From contig JAAKFI010000005.1 in the NCBI GenBank assembly GCA_011065125.1, positions 1-57,580 on the forward strand: a stretch of 57,580 nt of DNA. Reading direction: 5' to 3'. Both the position numbers and the translations under genes were made by a program. The stretch comes from Candidatus Anoxychlamydiales bacterium (GTDB lineage Bacteria; Chlamydiota; Chlamydiia; Chlamydiales; SM23-39). The notes under the pieces are model-generated. The model was not told where the DNA came from. It worked only from the letters and a program-made list of their open reading frames with translations, and made no database searches. Positions within the stretch are counted from its first letter, which is position 1. Each line of letters starts with the position of its first letter. Shown here piece after piece: positions 16,269 to 26,610 of this stretch.

Positions 16269-18032
16269 TTAAGAGTTATCATTTGCTTTGTATACTATAG
16301 CTTTTTGAGGATCTAAATAAACCTGTTCCTCATCTTGAAGTATTTCAAAAGCATTTTTAGCTCTTATAATTATTGGTATTTTCTTTTGTGCAGCAAAGTT
16401 TAATAAAATATTTTCTGAATAGGTATCAATTTTAGAGTTTTGTAAAATGATTCCTTTTACATTTTTTAAAAGCAAAAGATTTGAATCCAAGCATTTTCTT
16501 AAAACTACAATTTTATCTTTAATATCTTTTTCATTAATGCTATCCAAACTAATTATTTTATGAATCTTAGCATTTATTAATGACCCCATTCCTTTATAAG
16601 CTCTAACTAATATATTCCCAATACTTTCTACAACCATTAAATTAGTTAAATTACTTTTTTCAAAGGGAAAGGAAGATATTAATACGATTAAATCACCAAA
16701 AGATATCAAATTATTATTTATTGCATAATGGCTCATTATTTTAAAAGCTTCTCGTTCATTATTCCAATTTTCAAAAAATATAGGAATTATGCCCCAATAA
16801 AAAGCTAATTGATTGTATCTTTTAATACTATTCGTTAAAACGATAACTGGTATCTTAGGTCTAAATCTAGTAATTAATCTAGCAGTAAATCCTGTTTTAC
16901 TAATTGCAAATATAGCAGAAGCAGAGCAAGAATACGCTGTTTTTACAGTAGCTATTGAAACAGCTGTTGCGATATCTTCATACTCTGTATGAGATAATTT
17001 ATAAAAAAAGTTTTTATAATCAAAATCGATTTCCGTTTGATGTATTATTTTTTTCATTTGAGTAACTGTTTCTATTGGATATTTTCCAATAGCAGTCTCT
17101 CCTGATAACATAACGCAAGCTGCGCTATCATATATAGCATTTGCAACATCTGATACTTCAGCTCTTGTAGGTCTTGGATTATTAATCATAGATTCTAGCA
17201 TTTGAGTTGCAATAACAACAGGTTTACAAGCTTCATAACATTTTAAGATCATAACTTTTTGTAACTTTGGAACTAAACTAAGATCAACTTCTACTCCAAG
17301 ATCCCCTCTTGCTACCATTATTCCATCTGCAGCATCCGCTATTTCTTCGAAATTATCAACACCCTCTGAACTTTCTATTTTAGCAATTACTAAAACATCA
17401 TTTACTTTTTCTTCTTTTAAAATATCTCTAATTTGCTTTATATGATCTGCTGATCTAATAAAAGATGCGGCTATTATATCTATATCATTTTTACAACCAA
17501 ATTTTAAATCTAAAATATCTTGGTCAGTTACTGCTGGAAGAGGAAGTTTTGCATTTGGAAGATTTATTCCTTTTTTATTTTTTAAAACTCCTGGATTCTC
17601 TATTTTAACAGTTGCATAATCTTTTGTAACTTCTACAACAGAGCTTGTAATATACCCATCATCAAATAAAACTTTTTGATTTGGTTTTAAAATATCGATT
17701 ACATCACATGGAAAGACTGGAATTTCATCATCTTTTTTAGCTTCTTTTCTTACAAGTTTTACTATTTGATCAGTTTTTAGATCAATTTCGTTATTTTTTA
17801 AAATTCCGACTCTAATCTCAGGACCTTTTGTATCTAAAAGAATAGAAAGTGGTCTTTTTAAAATTTTTCGAGCTTCTTTAATATTATTGATCGTTATTAA
17901 ATGCTCTTCATGAGTACCATGACTAAAATTTATTCTAGCTACATCCATCCCAGCTTTAGCAAGCTTTAAAATCATTTCTACAGAAGAAGTGTTGGGACCA
18001 AGTGTACAAATTATTTTAGTTCTAGTGTGCAT
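16269..18032 (-). CDS. pyk: Pyruvate kinase with C-terminal PEP-utiliser-like domain
   Basis: TKIICTLGP, ARINFSHG, DTKGPEIR, IAKIE, MVARGDLGVE, ATQMLESM, MLSGETA. Confidence 0.98.
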   Translation of the reverse strand: MHTRTKIICTLGPNTSSVEMILKLAKAGMDVARINFSHGTHEEHLITINNIKEARKILKRPLSILLDTKGPEIRVGILKNNEIDLKTDQIVKLVRKEAKKDDEIPVFPCDVIDILKPNQKVLFDDGYITSSVVEVTKDYATVKIENPGVLKNKKGINLPNAKLPLPAVTDQDILDLKFGCKNDIDIIAASFIRSADHIKQIRDILKEEKVNDVLVIAKIESSEGVDNFEEIADAADGIMVARGDLGVEVDLSLVPKLQKVMILKCYEACKPVVIATQMLESMINNPRPTRAEVSDVANAIYDSAACVMLSGETAIGKYPIETVTQMKKIIHQTEIDFDYKNFFYKLSHTEYEDIATAVSIATVKTAYSCSASAIFAISKTGFTARLITRFRPKIPVIVLTNSIKRYNQLAFYWGIIPIFFENWNNEREAFKIMSHYAINNNLISFGDLIVLISSFPFEKSNLTNLMVVESIGNILVRAYKGMGSLINAKIHKIISLDSINEKDIKDKIVVLRKCLDSNLLLLKNVKGIILQNSKIDTYSENILLNFAAQKKIPIIIRAKNAFEILQDEEQVYLDPQKAIVYKANDNS

Positions 18033-18111
18033 TTACAGCCTTTTAATTTGAGTTTTAGCAAAATATTATATATAATATAATATTAGCTTCTAATTAACAA
18101 TTAAAAGAAAA

Positions 18112-21100
18112 GTGAATAATCGTCAAATAGTTTTAAAAAAAGTAAGTGTTCATAACCTAAAAGAAACGGATCTTATTTTAGAGCCTTTTGAACTTATAGT
18201 ATTTACAGGAGTATCCGGATCTGGTAAATCTTCTATGGCCTTTGATACAATTTTTGTAGAAGGACAAAGAAGATATATTGAATCTTTACCTAATGCATCT
18301 AAAAGACTTTTAAAAGAGATGCAAAAACCTACTTTCAAATCTATTACAGGACTTTCTCCAACTATTGCAATAGAACAAAAGACTGTTTCTAAAACACCTA
18401 GATCAACAGTTGGAACAATTACTGGAATTTATGATTTTTTAAGAGTTTTATATTCAAAAATAGCAACTGCCTACTGTCCTATTTCGAATGAAAAAATACT
18501 ATCCCAAAGCAATGATCAAATTATTTTTAATATCTTAAATATTTTTTTTAATAAAAAATTAATAATAATCTCTCCTTACATTCAAAATAAAAAATCTTCT
18601 TTTAAAGAAGAGATAACAGATCTTCAAAAAAAAGGTTTTTCTAGATTTAGAATTGATAATACAATTTATTTAGCTGAAGATATAAAAGAAATAGACCCTT
18701 CTAAAACTCATTCTTTAGATGTTGTAATTGATAGAATTAATTATACTAAAGAAAATACATCTAGATTAAAAGAAGCTGTTTTTCTAGCACTTGATCTATC
18801 TAAAGGATCTGTAGTAATTTTAGATAGTAACACAGACAAAGAAAAATATTATTCTACATATGGCTATTCTAAAAAGTCTAACATTTCATATCCCCAACTT
18901 ACTCCCCAAGATTTTTCATTTAATCATCCTCTAGGAATGTGTGAAAAATGCCAAGGTCTTGGTGATGTTTATGAATTTGATATGGATAAAATAATAGATG
19001 AAAATTTATCAATAGCTGAAGATTGCTGCAAAATAGCTCCTCATTACAACACTGTTAGATATAAAAATATTTATGATAATTTAGGCAGAATTTATAAGTT
19101 TAAAACAACAACGCCTTGGAAAGAGCTAAGCAAAAAAGACCAAAATATTTTTTTGTATGGTTCTGATAAAAAATGGATAAAAATGAAATTTTCTCATCCT
19201 AGAAAAAAAATGAAATGGGATGAATTTATTTCATTTAAAGGAGTTATTCATGAAGCTCATAAAAGATTAGATATTGCAAAAAGTGAGCATTACAGAAATG
19301 AGATGCGATCATATATGTCTCATATGATCTGTCATAAATGCGAAGGATCTAAGATAAAACCTTATCCATCTAATGCAAAAATCGATGATAAAAAGATTTT
19401 TGAAATAACGAAACTAACAACTCAAGAAGCATATGACTTTTTTAAAACCTTAAAACTATCAAAAGAAGATAGTTTGATCGCAAAAGATTTGATTTCAGAA
19501 ATTTTAAAAAAATTAAATTTTTTAAAAAATGTAGGCCTACATTATTTAACACTTGAAAGATCCTCTCCTAGTTTATCTGGAGGAGAATCTCAAAGAGTAA
19601 GATTAGCATCTCAAATTGGCTGTTCTTTATCTGGCGCTACATATATTTTAGATGAGCCTTCTATTGGTCTTCATCCAAAAGATCATAAAAAATTAATAGA
19701 TACTTTAATTGAGCTTAAAAATCTTAAAAATACAGTAATAGTAGTTGAGCATGATAGAGATACTATAGAAGCTGCTGATACTATTGTAGACTTTGGTAAG
19801 TATGCAGGAAAATTAGGTGGAGAAATTATTGCTAAAGGATCTATTGAAGATATTATGAATTCAAAAGACTCTATAACCGGTCAATATTTTGCAAATAAGT
19901 TAAATATTAATTTTTTTAAAAATAGAAAAAACATAAAAAAAGTAATAACTTTAAAAAAAACATCTTTAAATAATTTAAAAAATATTGATTTAAAATTATA
20001 TTTAGAAAATTTTATATGTGTAACAGGTGTATCTGGATCTGGTAAATCCTCTCTTATATCCGATACGCTATATCCAGCAATTTTCAATAAATTAAATAAA
20101 TCCAATCATAAATGCGGGAAATTTGAAAAAATTAATGGAATAGAAAACATTGAAAAAATTATTTTTGTAGATCAATCTCCAATTGGTAGAACAATACGAT
20201 CAAATCCTGCAACTTACATAAAACTTTTCGATGATATAAGAATTTTTTATTCCTCTTTAAAAATATCTATGTCCAAAGGACTTACCCCCTCTTTTTTTAG
20301 TTTTAATGTTAAAGAAGGCTCATGTCCCTACTGCAAAGGTCTTGGCGAAATAAAAGTGGATATGGATTTTTTGGAAGATGTATCTTCAACATGTGAACAA
20401 TGCTCTGGCAAAAGATTTGATCAAGATGTTTTATCAGTGCTTTATAAAGATAAAAATATCTACGACATTTTACAAATGGATGTTGATGAAGCTTGTTTAT
20501 TTTTTGATAAAATCCCAAATATCAAAAAAAAGTTAGAGCTATTGAAAAAAGTAGGACTTGGTTATTTGCCAATTGGTCAAAGCTCTACTACACTCTCCGG
20601 TGGAGAAGCGCAAAGAATAAAACTAGCAAAAGAACTTGTAAAACCATCTCTTGGAAAAACGTTATATATTTTAGATGAACCAACAACTGGACTTCATTTT
20701 TATGATATAGAAAAGCTTTTATCGATATTGCAAGAGCTTGTAGATAAAAAGAATACTGTTTTAGTAATAGAACATAATATGGATTTTGTAAAAAATGCAG
20801 ATTATGTAATAGAGCTTGGCCCTAAAGCCGGCAACGATGGTGGGGAAATAATAAATGAAAATTTTTTAAATGACTTTTTAAAAAAACAAACTTCGACTTC
20901 ATTGTATATCAATGAATCCTTAAAAAAGAAAAAATATAAAAAAACAAAAGTTTCATCTAAATCTAACTACCCAAAAGAAATAATAATAGAAAATGCACAT
21001 TCAAATAATTTAAAAAATTTGAATTTAAAAATTCCCCATGAAAAAATAACAGTATTTACCGGACCTTCTGGATCCGGTAAAACAACTATTTGTTTTGATA

Positions 21101-23739
21101 CTATATATGCTGAAGCTCAAATCAGATATTTAGAAGCTCTTCCTGCATATACAAGACAGTTTTTAAAACAACTACCAAGAGCTAAAGTTGATAAGATAGA
21201 GAATCTCTTTCCCTGTATAGCATTAGAGCAAAAAGGACATTTACTCTCACCTAGATCAACTGTTGGAACTATTACAGAAATATATGATCACTTAAGAATT
21301 TTATATACTCATCTAGCTAAAGCGTACTCTCCTACAACACAAAATGAAATTAAATCTATTACAAAAGAGTTTATTTTAGAAAAACTATTAAAATTAAAAG
21401 AAAATGAAAAGATAATTATTTTAGCTCCAATATCTTTATTATCTAATGAAACTTTTGATACTTTCAAGCAAAGATACCTTCAAATGGGTTATTTAAGAAT
21501 TAGAATAAATAATAAATACTTTGAACTTGATGAAGAAATCGAATTTGATAAAAATTTCAAAAATAAAATTTATCTAGTAGTAGATAGATTAAAAATATCT
21601 AAAAAATTAAAAGATAGAATATATGATGCACTTACTTTAGCTGATAAAATTTCAAATGGAATAATAACAGTTGAATATCAAAATAAAGATCTATTTTTTA
21701 ATTTAGCATTTGCAGACCCTATAACTGGTGAATCTTTTGCTAAAATCACACCACAGAGTTTTTCATTTAACTCTGAAAAAGGGATGTGTTTAGATTGTCA
21801 AGGAATTGGGTATTTATATGGGTTTAATATCTTAGATGATCCAATGTTTTTAGATTATTCTATTATTGATATATGTTTCATGTTTTTAAATGATGATGCA
21901 ATTGATTTAATATTTGATTTTTTTAAAAGTCTAAAAATAAATCCTCAAGTAAATTTAAAAAAACTAAAAAAAGAAGATTTAAACTTTTTTTTAAATGGAA
22001 ATGACAAAACATTTACATTTAAAAAAACTACCTTTAAGTGGAAAGGATTAAATAACACATTAGCTAAGCTTGCAAAACACTCAAATAAAAATATAAAAGA
22101 AATATTATCTATTCACATGGATAAAAAAACATGTTCAACATGTAATGGAAATAGATTAAATCCATTTTCCTTAAATATTAAAATTGATAATTTATCAATT
22201 ATCGATTTTTGCTCTCTTTCTATTGATAAGGCTTACTTATTTATTAAAAAAATTAAATTAGAAAAAGATAAAGAAAAAATACTTAAAGACACCCTAAAAG
22301 AAATTATTAACAACTTAGAATTTTTAAAAGAAATCGGCCTTGATTATTTATCTCTTGATAGATCAGCACCAACACTTTCAAATGAAGAAATGCAAAGAAT
22401 AAAACTTGCAAAACAATTAGGATCAAAATTAACTTCATGCATATATATTTTAGATGAGCCGACAATTGGTCTTCATCCTCATAATAGTTTTCTTTTAATA
22501 AACGCTCTAAAAAAACTAAAAGATCTAAAAAATACTCTTATAATAGTAGAACATGATCCTATGGTAATAAATATAGCAGATTATATTTATGATATTGGAC
22601 CTTTTGCAGGAAATAGAGGTGGAAAAATAGTGTCTCAAGGAAATCTTGAAAAAATAAAAAAAGATCCTAATTCTATTACAGGAAAATACCTTTCTAAAAA
22701 AGAAAAAATAGATCTACCTAAAAAAAGAAGAGATACATCTAAAAAACTTTTAAAAATAAAAAATGCTAAATTACATAATTTAAAAAACATCAATGTAGAT
22801 ATTCCAATTGAAGCCTTTGTATGCATTTCTGGAGTTTCAGGCTCTGGAAAATCCACTTTAATGCATGACATATTAAAAAAAGCAGCAATTACCTCTATTA
22901 AACAAAATAAAGATGAAATTATCTTTGACTTTGCAAAAGTCAAAGGCCTTAAAAACTTTAATGATGTAATTATTTTAGATCAATCACCTATTGGACAAAC
23001 TTCTAGATCAGATGTTTCTACATATTCAAATGCTATGCCATTTATTAGAGAGCATTTTGCTTCTTTAAAACTTGCAAAAATAAAAGGGTTAAAACCAAGA
23101 CATTTTTCAACAAATCACATCTCAGGAATGTGCAGAACTTGCTGGGGACTTGGTTATAAAATAATAAATCTTCAGTATCTCCCTTCTGTTAAAACAAAAT
23201 GTTCAACATGTAATGGAAAAAGGTTAAACTCATTATCTTTAGAAGTTAAATATAAAGATAAAAATATAGCAGATATTTTTGATATGAGCGTTGATGAAGC
23301 AATCATATTTTTTGATGTTGTTCCAAAAGTTATAAAAAAATTAAATACACTAAAAGAAGTAGGCTTATCTTACTTAAAGCTGGGACAAGATTTAAACTCT
23401 CTATCTGGAGGAGAGGCCCAAAGAATAAGACTTGCAAAAGAGCTTTCTAGAAGATCTAATAAAAATATGCTTTATCTATTTGATGAACCTACAACTGGAC
23501 TACATTTTGATGATATAAAAAACCTACTTAAAATCTTTCATAGATTAGTAGATAAAAAAAATACACTGATCATTGTAGAGCATAATTTAGATATTTTAAA
23601 AAACGCAGATTACATAATTGATTTAGGACCAGATGCTGCAGAAAATGGTGGAGAAATTGTAGCTGTAGGATCTCCAGAAGAGATAATAAATAATAGAAAT
23701 TCCCACAGCGCTAAATATCTAAAAGAATATATGTTGTAA
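18112..23739 (+). CDS. uvrA: Excinuclease ABC subunit A, tandemly fused double UvrA (four ABC domains)
   Basis: Four Walker A motifs (GVSGSGKS x3, GPSGSGKT), four DEP Walker B motifs, repeated CxxC.G zinc modules; GTG start. Confidence 0.97.
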   Translation: MNNRQIVLKKVSVHNLKETDLILEPFELIVFTGVSGSGKSSMAFDTIFVEGQRRYIESLPNASKRLLKEMQKPTFKSITGLSPTIAIEQKTVSKTPRSTVGTITGIYDFLRVLYSKIATAYCPISNEKILSQSNDQIIFNILNIFFNKKLIIISPYIQNKKSSFKEEITDLQKKGFSRFRIDNTIYLAEDIKEIDPSKTHSLDVVIDRINYTKENTSRLKEAVFLALDLSKGSVVILDSNTDKEKYYSTYGYSKKSNISYPQLTPQDFSFNHPLGMCEKCQGLGDVYEFDMDKIIDENLSIAEDCCKIAPHYNTVRYKNIYDNLGRIYKFKTTTPWKELSKKDQNIFLYGSDKKWIKMKFSHPRKKMKWDEFISFKGVIHEAHKRLDIAKSEHYRNEMRSYMSHMICHKCEGSKIKPYPSNAKIDDKKIFEITKLTTQEAYDFFKTLKLSKEDSLIAKDLISEILKKLNFLKNVGLHYLTLERSSPSLSGGESQRVRLASQIGCSLSGATYILDEPSIGLHPKDHKKLIDTLIELKNLKNTVIVVEHDRDTIEAADTIVDFGKYAGKLGGEIIAKGSIEDIMNSKDSITGQYFANKLNINFFKNRKNIKKVITLKKTSLNNLKNIDLKLYLENFICVTGVSGSGKSSLISDTLYPAIFNKLNKSNHKCGKFEKINGIENIEKIIFVDQSPIGRTIRSNPATYIKLFDDIRIFYSSLKISMSKGLTPSFFSFNVKEGSCPYCKGLGEIKVDMDFLEDVSSTCEQCSGKRFDQDVLSVLYKDKNIYDILQMDVDEACLFFDKIPNIKKKLELLKKVGLGYLPIGQSSTTLSGGEAQRIKLAKELVKPSLGKTLYILDEPTTGLHFYDIEKLLSILQELVDKKNTVLVIEHNMDFVKNADYVIELGPKAGNDGGEIINENFLNDFLKKQTSTSLYINESLKKKKYKKTKVSSKSNYPKEIIIENAHSNNLKNLNLKIPHEKITVFTGPSGSGKTTICFDTIYAEAQIRYLEALPAYTRQFLKQLPRAKVDKIENLFPCIALEQKGHLLSPRSTVGTITEIYDHLRILYTHLAKAYSPTTQNEIKSITKEFILEKLLKLKENEKIIILAPISLLSNETFDTFKQRYLQMGYLRIRINNKYFELDEEIEFDKNFKNKIYLVVDRLKISKKLKDRIYDALTLADKISNGIITVEYQNKDLFFNLAFADPITGESFAKITPQSFSFNSEKGMCLDCQGIGYLYGFNILDDPMFLDYSIIDICFMFLNDDAIDLIFDFFKSLKINPQVNLKKLKKEDLNFFLNGNDKTFTFKKTTFKWKGLNNTLAKLAKHSNKNIKEILSIHMDKKTCSTCNGNRLNPFSLNIKIDNLSIIDFCSLSIDKAYLFIKKIKLEKDKEKILKDTLKEIINNLEFLKEIGLDYLSLDRSAPTLSNEEMQRIKLAKQLGSKLTSCIYILDEPTIGLHPHNSFLLINALKKLKDLKNTLIIVEHDPMVINIADYIYDIGPFAGNRGGKIVSQGNLEKIKKDPNSITGKYLSKKEKIDLPKKRRDTSKKLLKIKNAKLHNLKNINVDIPIEAFVCISGVSGSGKSTLMHDILKKAAITSIKQNKDEIIFDFAKVKGLKNFNDVIILDQSPIGQTSRSDVSTYSNAMPFIREHFASLKLAKIKGLKPRHFSTNHISGMCRTCWGLGYKIINLQYLPSVKTKCSTCNGKRLNSLSLEVKYKDKNIADIFDMSVDEAIIFFDVVPKVIKKLNTLKEVGLSYLKLGQDLNSLSGGEAQRIRLAKELSRRSNKNMLYLFDEPTTGLHFDDIKNLLKIFHRLVDKKNTLIIVEHNLDILKNADYIIDLGPDAAENGGEIVAVGSPEEIINNRNSHSAKYLKEYML

Positions 23740-23748
23740 TGAAAATAT

Positions 23749-24084
23749 TTAAAGCCTTCCACTAATTAAACTTTCCATTCTTTTTCTACAAATTTCTATT
23801 TTTTGTTGAAGATTGCTATTTTTAAAAGTTTCATCACACTTTTGAAAAGTTGAATAGCTCTCATTTAAACATTGGTGGATTATTCTATATGTCTCTATAG
23901 AAGATGGATTATTTTGAGATAAAAAAACATCTAAATAATATCTTTGAATTTTATCACTTTCAGAACATACACCAATTAAAAAAAATCTATCTTCTCTAGT
24001 TAGTGCATTTATTTCTTCAAACACTTTGACCTCAGAAAAATCTTCAATCTGTTTTTGAAGACTAATATTACTAATAATACCCAT
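23749..24084 (-). CDS. Orphan hypothetical protein
   Basis: 111-aa ORF with AAGGA SD upstream, convergent with uvrA. Confidence 0.65.
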   Translation of the reverse strand: MGIISNISLQKQIEDFSEVKVFEEINALTREDRFFLIGVCSESDKIQRYYLDVFLSQNNPSSIETYRIIHQCLNESYSTFQKCDETFKNSNLQQKIEICRKRMESLISGRL

Positions 24085-24228
24085 TTTTATATCCTTATTT
24101 TTAAATACAATTAAAATAAAAAAACTGAAATGATATATTAATACAATTAAGATTCAAGAATTAAAATTATTTTTAATACTAATTAAACCAATGTAAAAAA
24201 AATAATTTAAAAAATATAGAATTTTTAT

Positions 24229-25218
24229 ATGAAAAAACTATTATCTTTAATATTTGTTTTAACATTTTTTGTTATTTCTTTTAATATTGCAAATGAACAG
24301 GAAAACATAAAAAAAACTCCTATGCAAAATGTAAGTCCTTTGAAAAAAAAAGTTAGGTTTATCATAAATCCAAAGTCTGGAACTAAGAAAAAAAGAAGAG
24401 TTTTAGATTTGATTGATATTTATTTAGATAAGAATAAATTCGACTATGAGATTAAGTATACAACTGCTCCTAATCACGCTACTACATTAGCAAAAGAAGC
24501 TGCAAATCAAAATTACGATCTAGTGATTGCAATAGGCGGTGATGGCACTGTTAATGAAGCTTCTAAAGGACTAATAAATTCACCTTGCGCTCTTGGTATA
24601 ATACCAATGGGCTCTGGTAATGGATTTGCTAGAAATTTGAAGATTCCAATGAACACAAAAAAAGCAATAATTGCTTTAAATAATTCTTATACAAAAAGTA
24701 TTGACATAGTAAGTATTAACGATACTTATTTTTTAGGAATTGCAGGTATTGGCTTTGATGCTCATATAGCGCATAAATTTGCAAAAGCTAGAAAAAGAGG
24801 TTTTTTAAGTTATGCTAAAATTGTTTTAAACGAACTAAATAACTTCAAAGAAAAACCATTTGAAATGGTTATAGATGAAAAAAAAGTTATAAAAAAAGGT
24901 TTTTTGATTAGTTTTGCAAAAAGCTCACAATATGGAAATAATATAAAAATAGCCCCAAGCGCTAAAATAGATGATGGATATATATATTTAACAATTTTGA
25001 AAAAACCACCTTTTTATAAATTCTTAAATCTTTTTTTTAGGTTAACAAATAACTCTATTGATAAATCTAAATATTTAGAAACCATAAAATGCAAAAACAT
25101 TAAAATTGCAAATGAAAAAATAATTACTCATATAGATGGTGAGCCTATTTTATTTGAAAATGGAATAAATTTAAAAATATTACCCAATTCATTAAAAGTA
25201 TTAATTAATAAACTTTAA
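24229..25218 (+). CDS. YegS/DgkB-family (diacylglycerol/sphingosine kinase-like) lipid kinase
   Basis: FIINPKSG, AIGGDGTVNE, PMGSGNGFAR, GIGFDA, IDGE. Confidence 0.92.
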   Translation: MKKLLSLIFVLTFFVISFNIANEQENIKKTPMQNVSPLKKKVRFIINPKSGTKKKRRVLDLIDIYLDKNKFDYEIKYTTAPNHATTLAKEAANQNYDLVIAIGGDGTVNEASKGLINSPCALGIIPMGSGNGFARNLKIPMNTKKAIIALNNSYTKSIDIVSINDTYFLGIAGIGFDAHIAHKFAKARKRGFLSYAKIVLNELNNFKEKPFEMVIDEKKVIKKGFLISFAKSSQYGNNIKIAPSAKIDDGYIYLTILKKPPFYKFLNLFFRLTNNSIDKSKYLETIKCKNIKIANEKIITHIDGEPILFENGINLKILPNSLKVLINKL

Positions 25219-25348
25219 AATAAAAAAAAATGAATCGATTTTAAATCTCATCCTCCTTTAATAATTTTAATTTTAAAAATTTGATATTTTTTACATTATA
25301 TAAAATTTATAAAAATGATATAATTCTTTCAAAAAAACAATATTATTT

Positions 25349-26368
25349 ATGTTAGTATTAGGTATTGAAAGTACATGTGATGAAACAGCAGCTTCTGTTG
25401 TTGAAGATGGTGTTAAAATCCTATCAAATGTTATATCCTCACAGGTAGATTTACATAAAAAATATGGTGGAGTTTTCCCAGAGCTTGCATGCAGAGCACA
25501 TATTGATATGATCTTACCTGTAATAGATGAAGCTATAAAAAAAGCAAATGTTACAATCAATGATATAGATTTAATTTCTGTAGCTCAAGGACCTGGGTTA
25601 TTAGGCGCTCTTCTTATTGGTTTAAATACTACAAAAGCACTATCTTTTTCTACTAGCATCCCATATATAGGAGTCAATCACATTGAAGCTCATTTATATG
25701 CTGCAATGATGGAAGGTAATAAAAACATTTTTCCATCGTTGGGGGTTGTAATATCTGGCGGACATACTATGTTACTTAAAATAAACAGCATTGGATCCTA
25801 TGAAAAAATTGGAACTACAATAGATGACGCTATTGGCGAGTGCTTTGATAAGGTAGCAAATATTCTAGATCTATCCTATCCAGGTGGACCTGAAGTTGAA
25901 AAACTAGCCAAAGATGGAGACCTCTCAAAATATAATTTTAATGTTGGAAGGGATAAAAATTCAAAATTCAACTTTTCATTTAGCGGTCTTAAAACTAAAA
26001 TTTTATATACAGTAAAAGGCAACCGAGCAAAAAAGAACTTTCCAACGCTTATTAAAGAAGAAGAGAAAAAGCATATAGCAGCTTCTTTTCAAAATACAGT
26101 CTTTGAAGATTTAATTAGTAAAGCATCTCTTGCTTGTAAAACCTTTAATTTAAAAGCTATTTATTTTGGTGGTGGAGTATCTAATAGCAAAACATTAAGA
26201 GCGTTAGTACAAAATAAAAATTTGAATATTCCTATATATTTTCCAAACTTTGGTCTAAGTTTAGATAACGCTGCTATGATAGCAGGACTGGGATATCATA
26301 AATATACCGAAAAAAAATCATCTGATCCATTAGATCTAATTGCAAAAACTTCTTATAGTAAATTTTGA
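25349..26368 (+). CDS. tsaD: tRNA N6-adenosine threonylcarbamoyltransferase
   Basis: LGIESTCDET, GGVFPELA.R.H, NHIEAH, SGGHT, DDA.GE.FDK, DNAAMIA. Confidence 0.98.
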   Translation: MLVLGIESTCDETAASVVEDGVKILSNVISSQVDLHKKYGGVFPELACRAHIDMILPVIDEAIKKANVTINDIDLISVAQGPGLLGALLIGLNTTKALSFSTSIPYIGVNHIEAHLYAAMMEGNKNIFPSLGVVISGGHTMLLKINSIGSYEKIGTTIDDAIGECFDKVANILDLSYPGGPEVEKLAKDGDLSKYNFNVGRDKNSKFNFSFSGLKTKILYTVKGNRAKKNFPTLIKEEEKKHIAASFQNTVFEDLISKASLACKTFNLKAIYFGGGVSNSKTLRALVQNKNLNIPIYFPNFGLSLDNAAMIAGLGYHKYTEKKSSDPLDLIAKTSYSKF

Positions 26369-26374
26369 TTTCAC

Positions 26375-26402
26375 TTGTTTATTTTTCATAATATGGTATA
26401 AA
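26375..26402 (+). promoter_or_regulatory. Putative sigma66 promoter for rpmG
   Basis: TTGTTT-N16-TATAAA with TG at the extended -10 position. Confidence 0.4.
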
Positions 26403-26436
26403 ATTAGCTTTAAATTTAAAAGAAAGGTATGGAATC

Positions 26437-26598
26437 ATGGCAAAAAAGAAAGAAAGAGAAATAATCAAATTAAAAAACTCAGAAACTAAAGAATGCTACT
26501 GGACAGTAAAAAACAAAAAAAACACTACTGATAAGTTAGAAAGAAAAAAATATTCTAAAAAACTTCGTAAACATATAGTCTTTAAAGAAGCTAAGTAA
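26437..26598 (+). CDS. rpmG: 50S ribosomal protein L33 (no zinc-ribbon cysteines)
   Basis: Hand translation MAKKKEREIIKLKNSETKECYWTVKNKKNTTDKLERKKYSKKLRKHIVFKEAK; AAGG SD; below the ORF-track cutoff. Confidence 0.96.
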   Translation: MAKKKEREIIKLKNSETKECYWTVKNKKNTTDKLERKKYSKKLRKHIVFKEAK

Positions 26599-26610
26599 AT
26601 AAAAATATAA

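Noticed and set aside
18112-23739. Double-length UvrA as an assembly duplication or novelty
   Set aside because: The halves are strongly diverged, and fused UvrA is established in Chlamydiae; only the degenerate signature is reported.
25240-25260. TCCTCCTTT (anti-SD on +, SD on -) in an intergenic region
   Set aside because: The minus-strand ATG is immediately adjacent and opens only ~11 codons; there is no structure supporting an sRNA.
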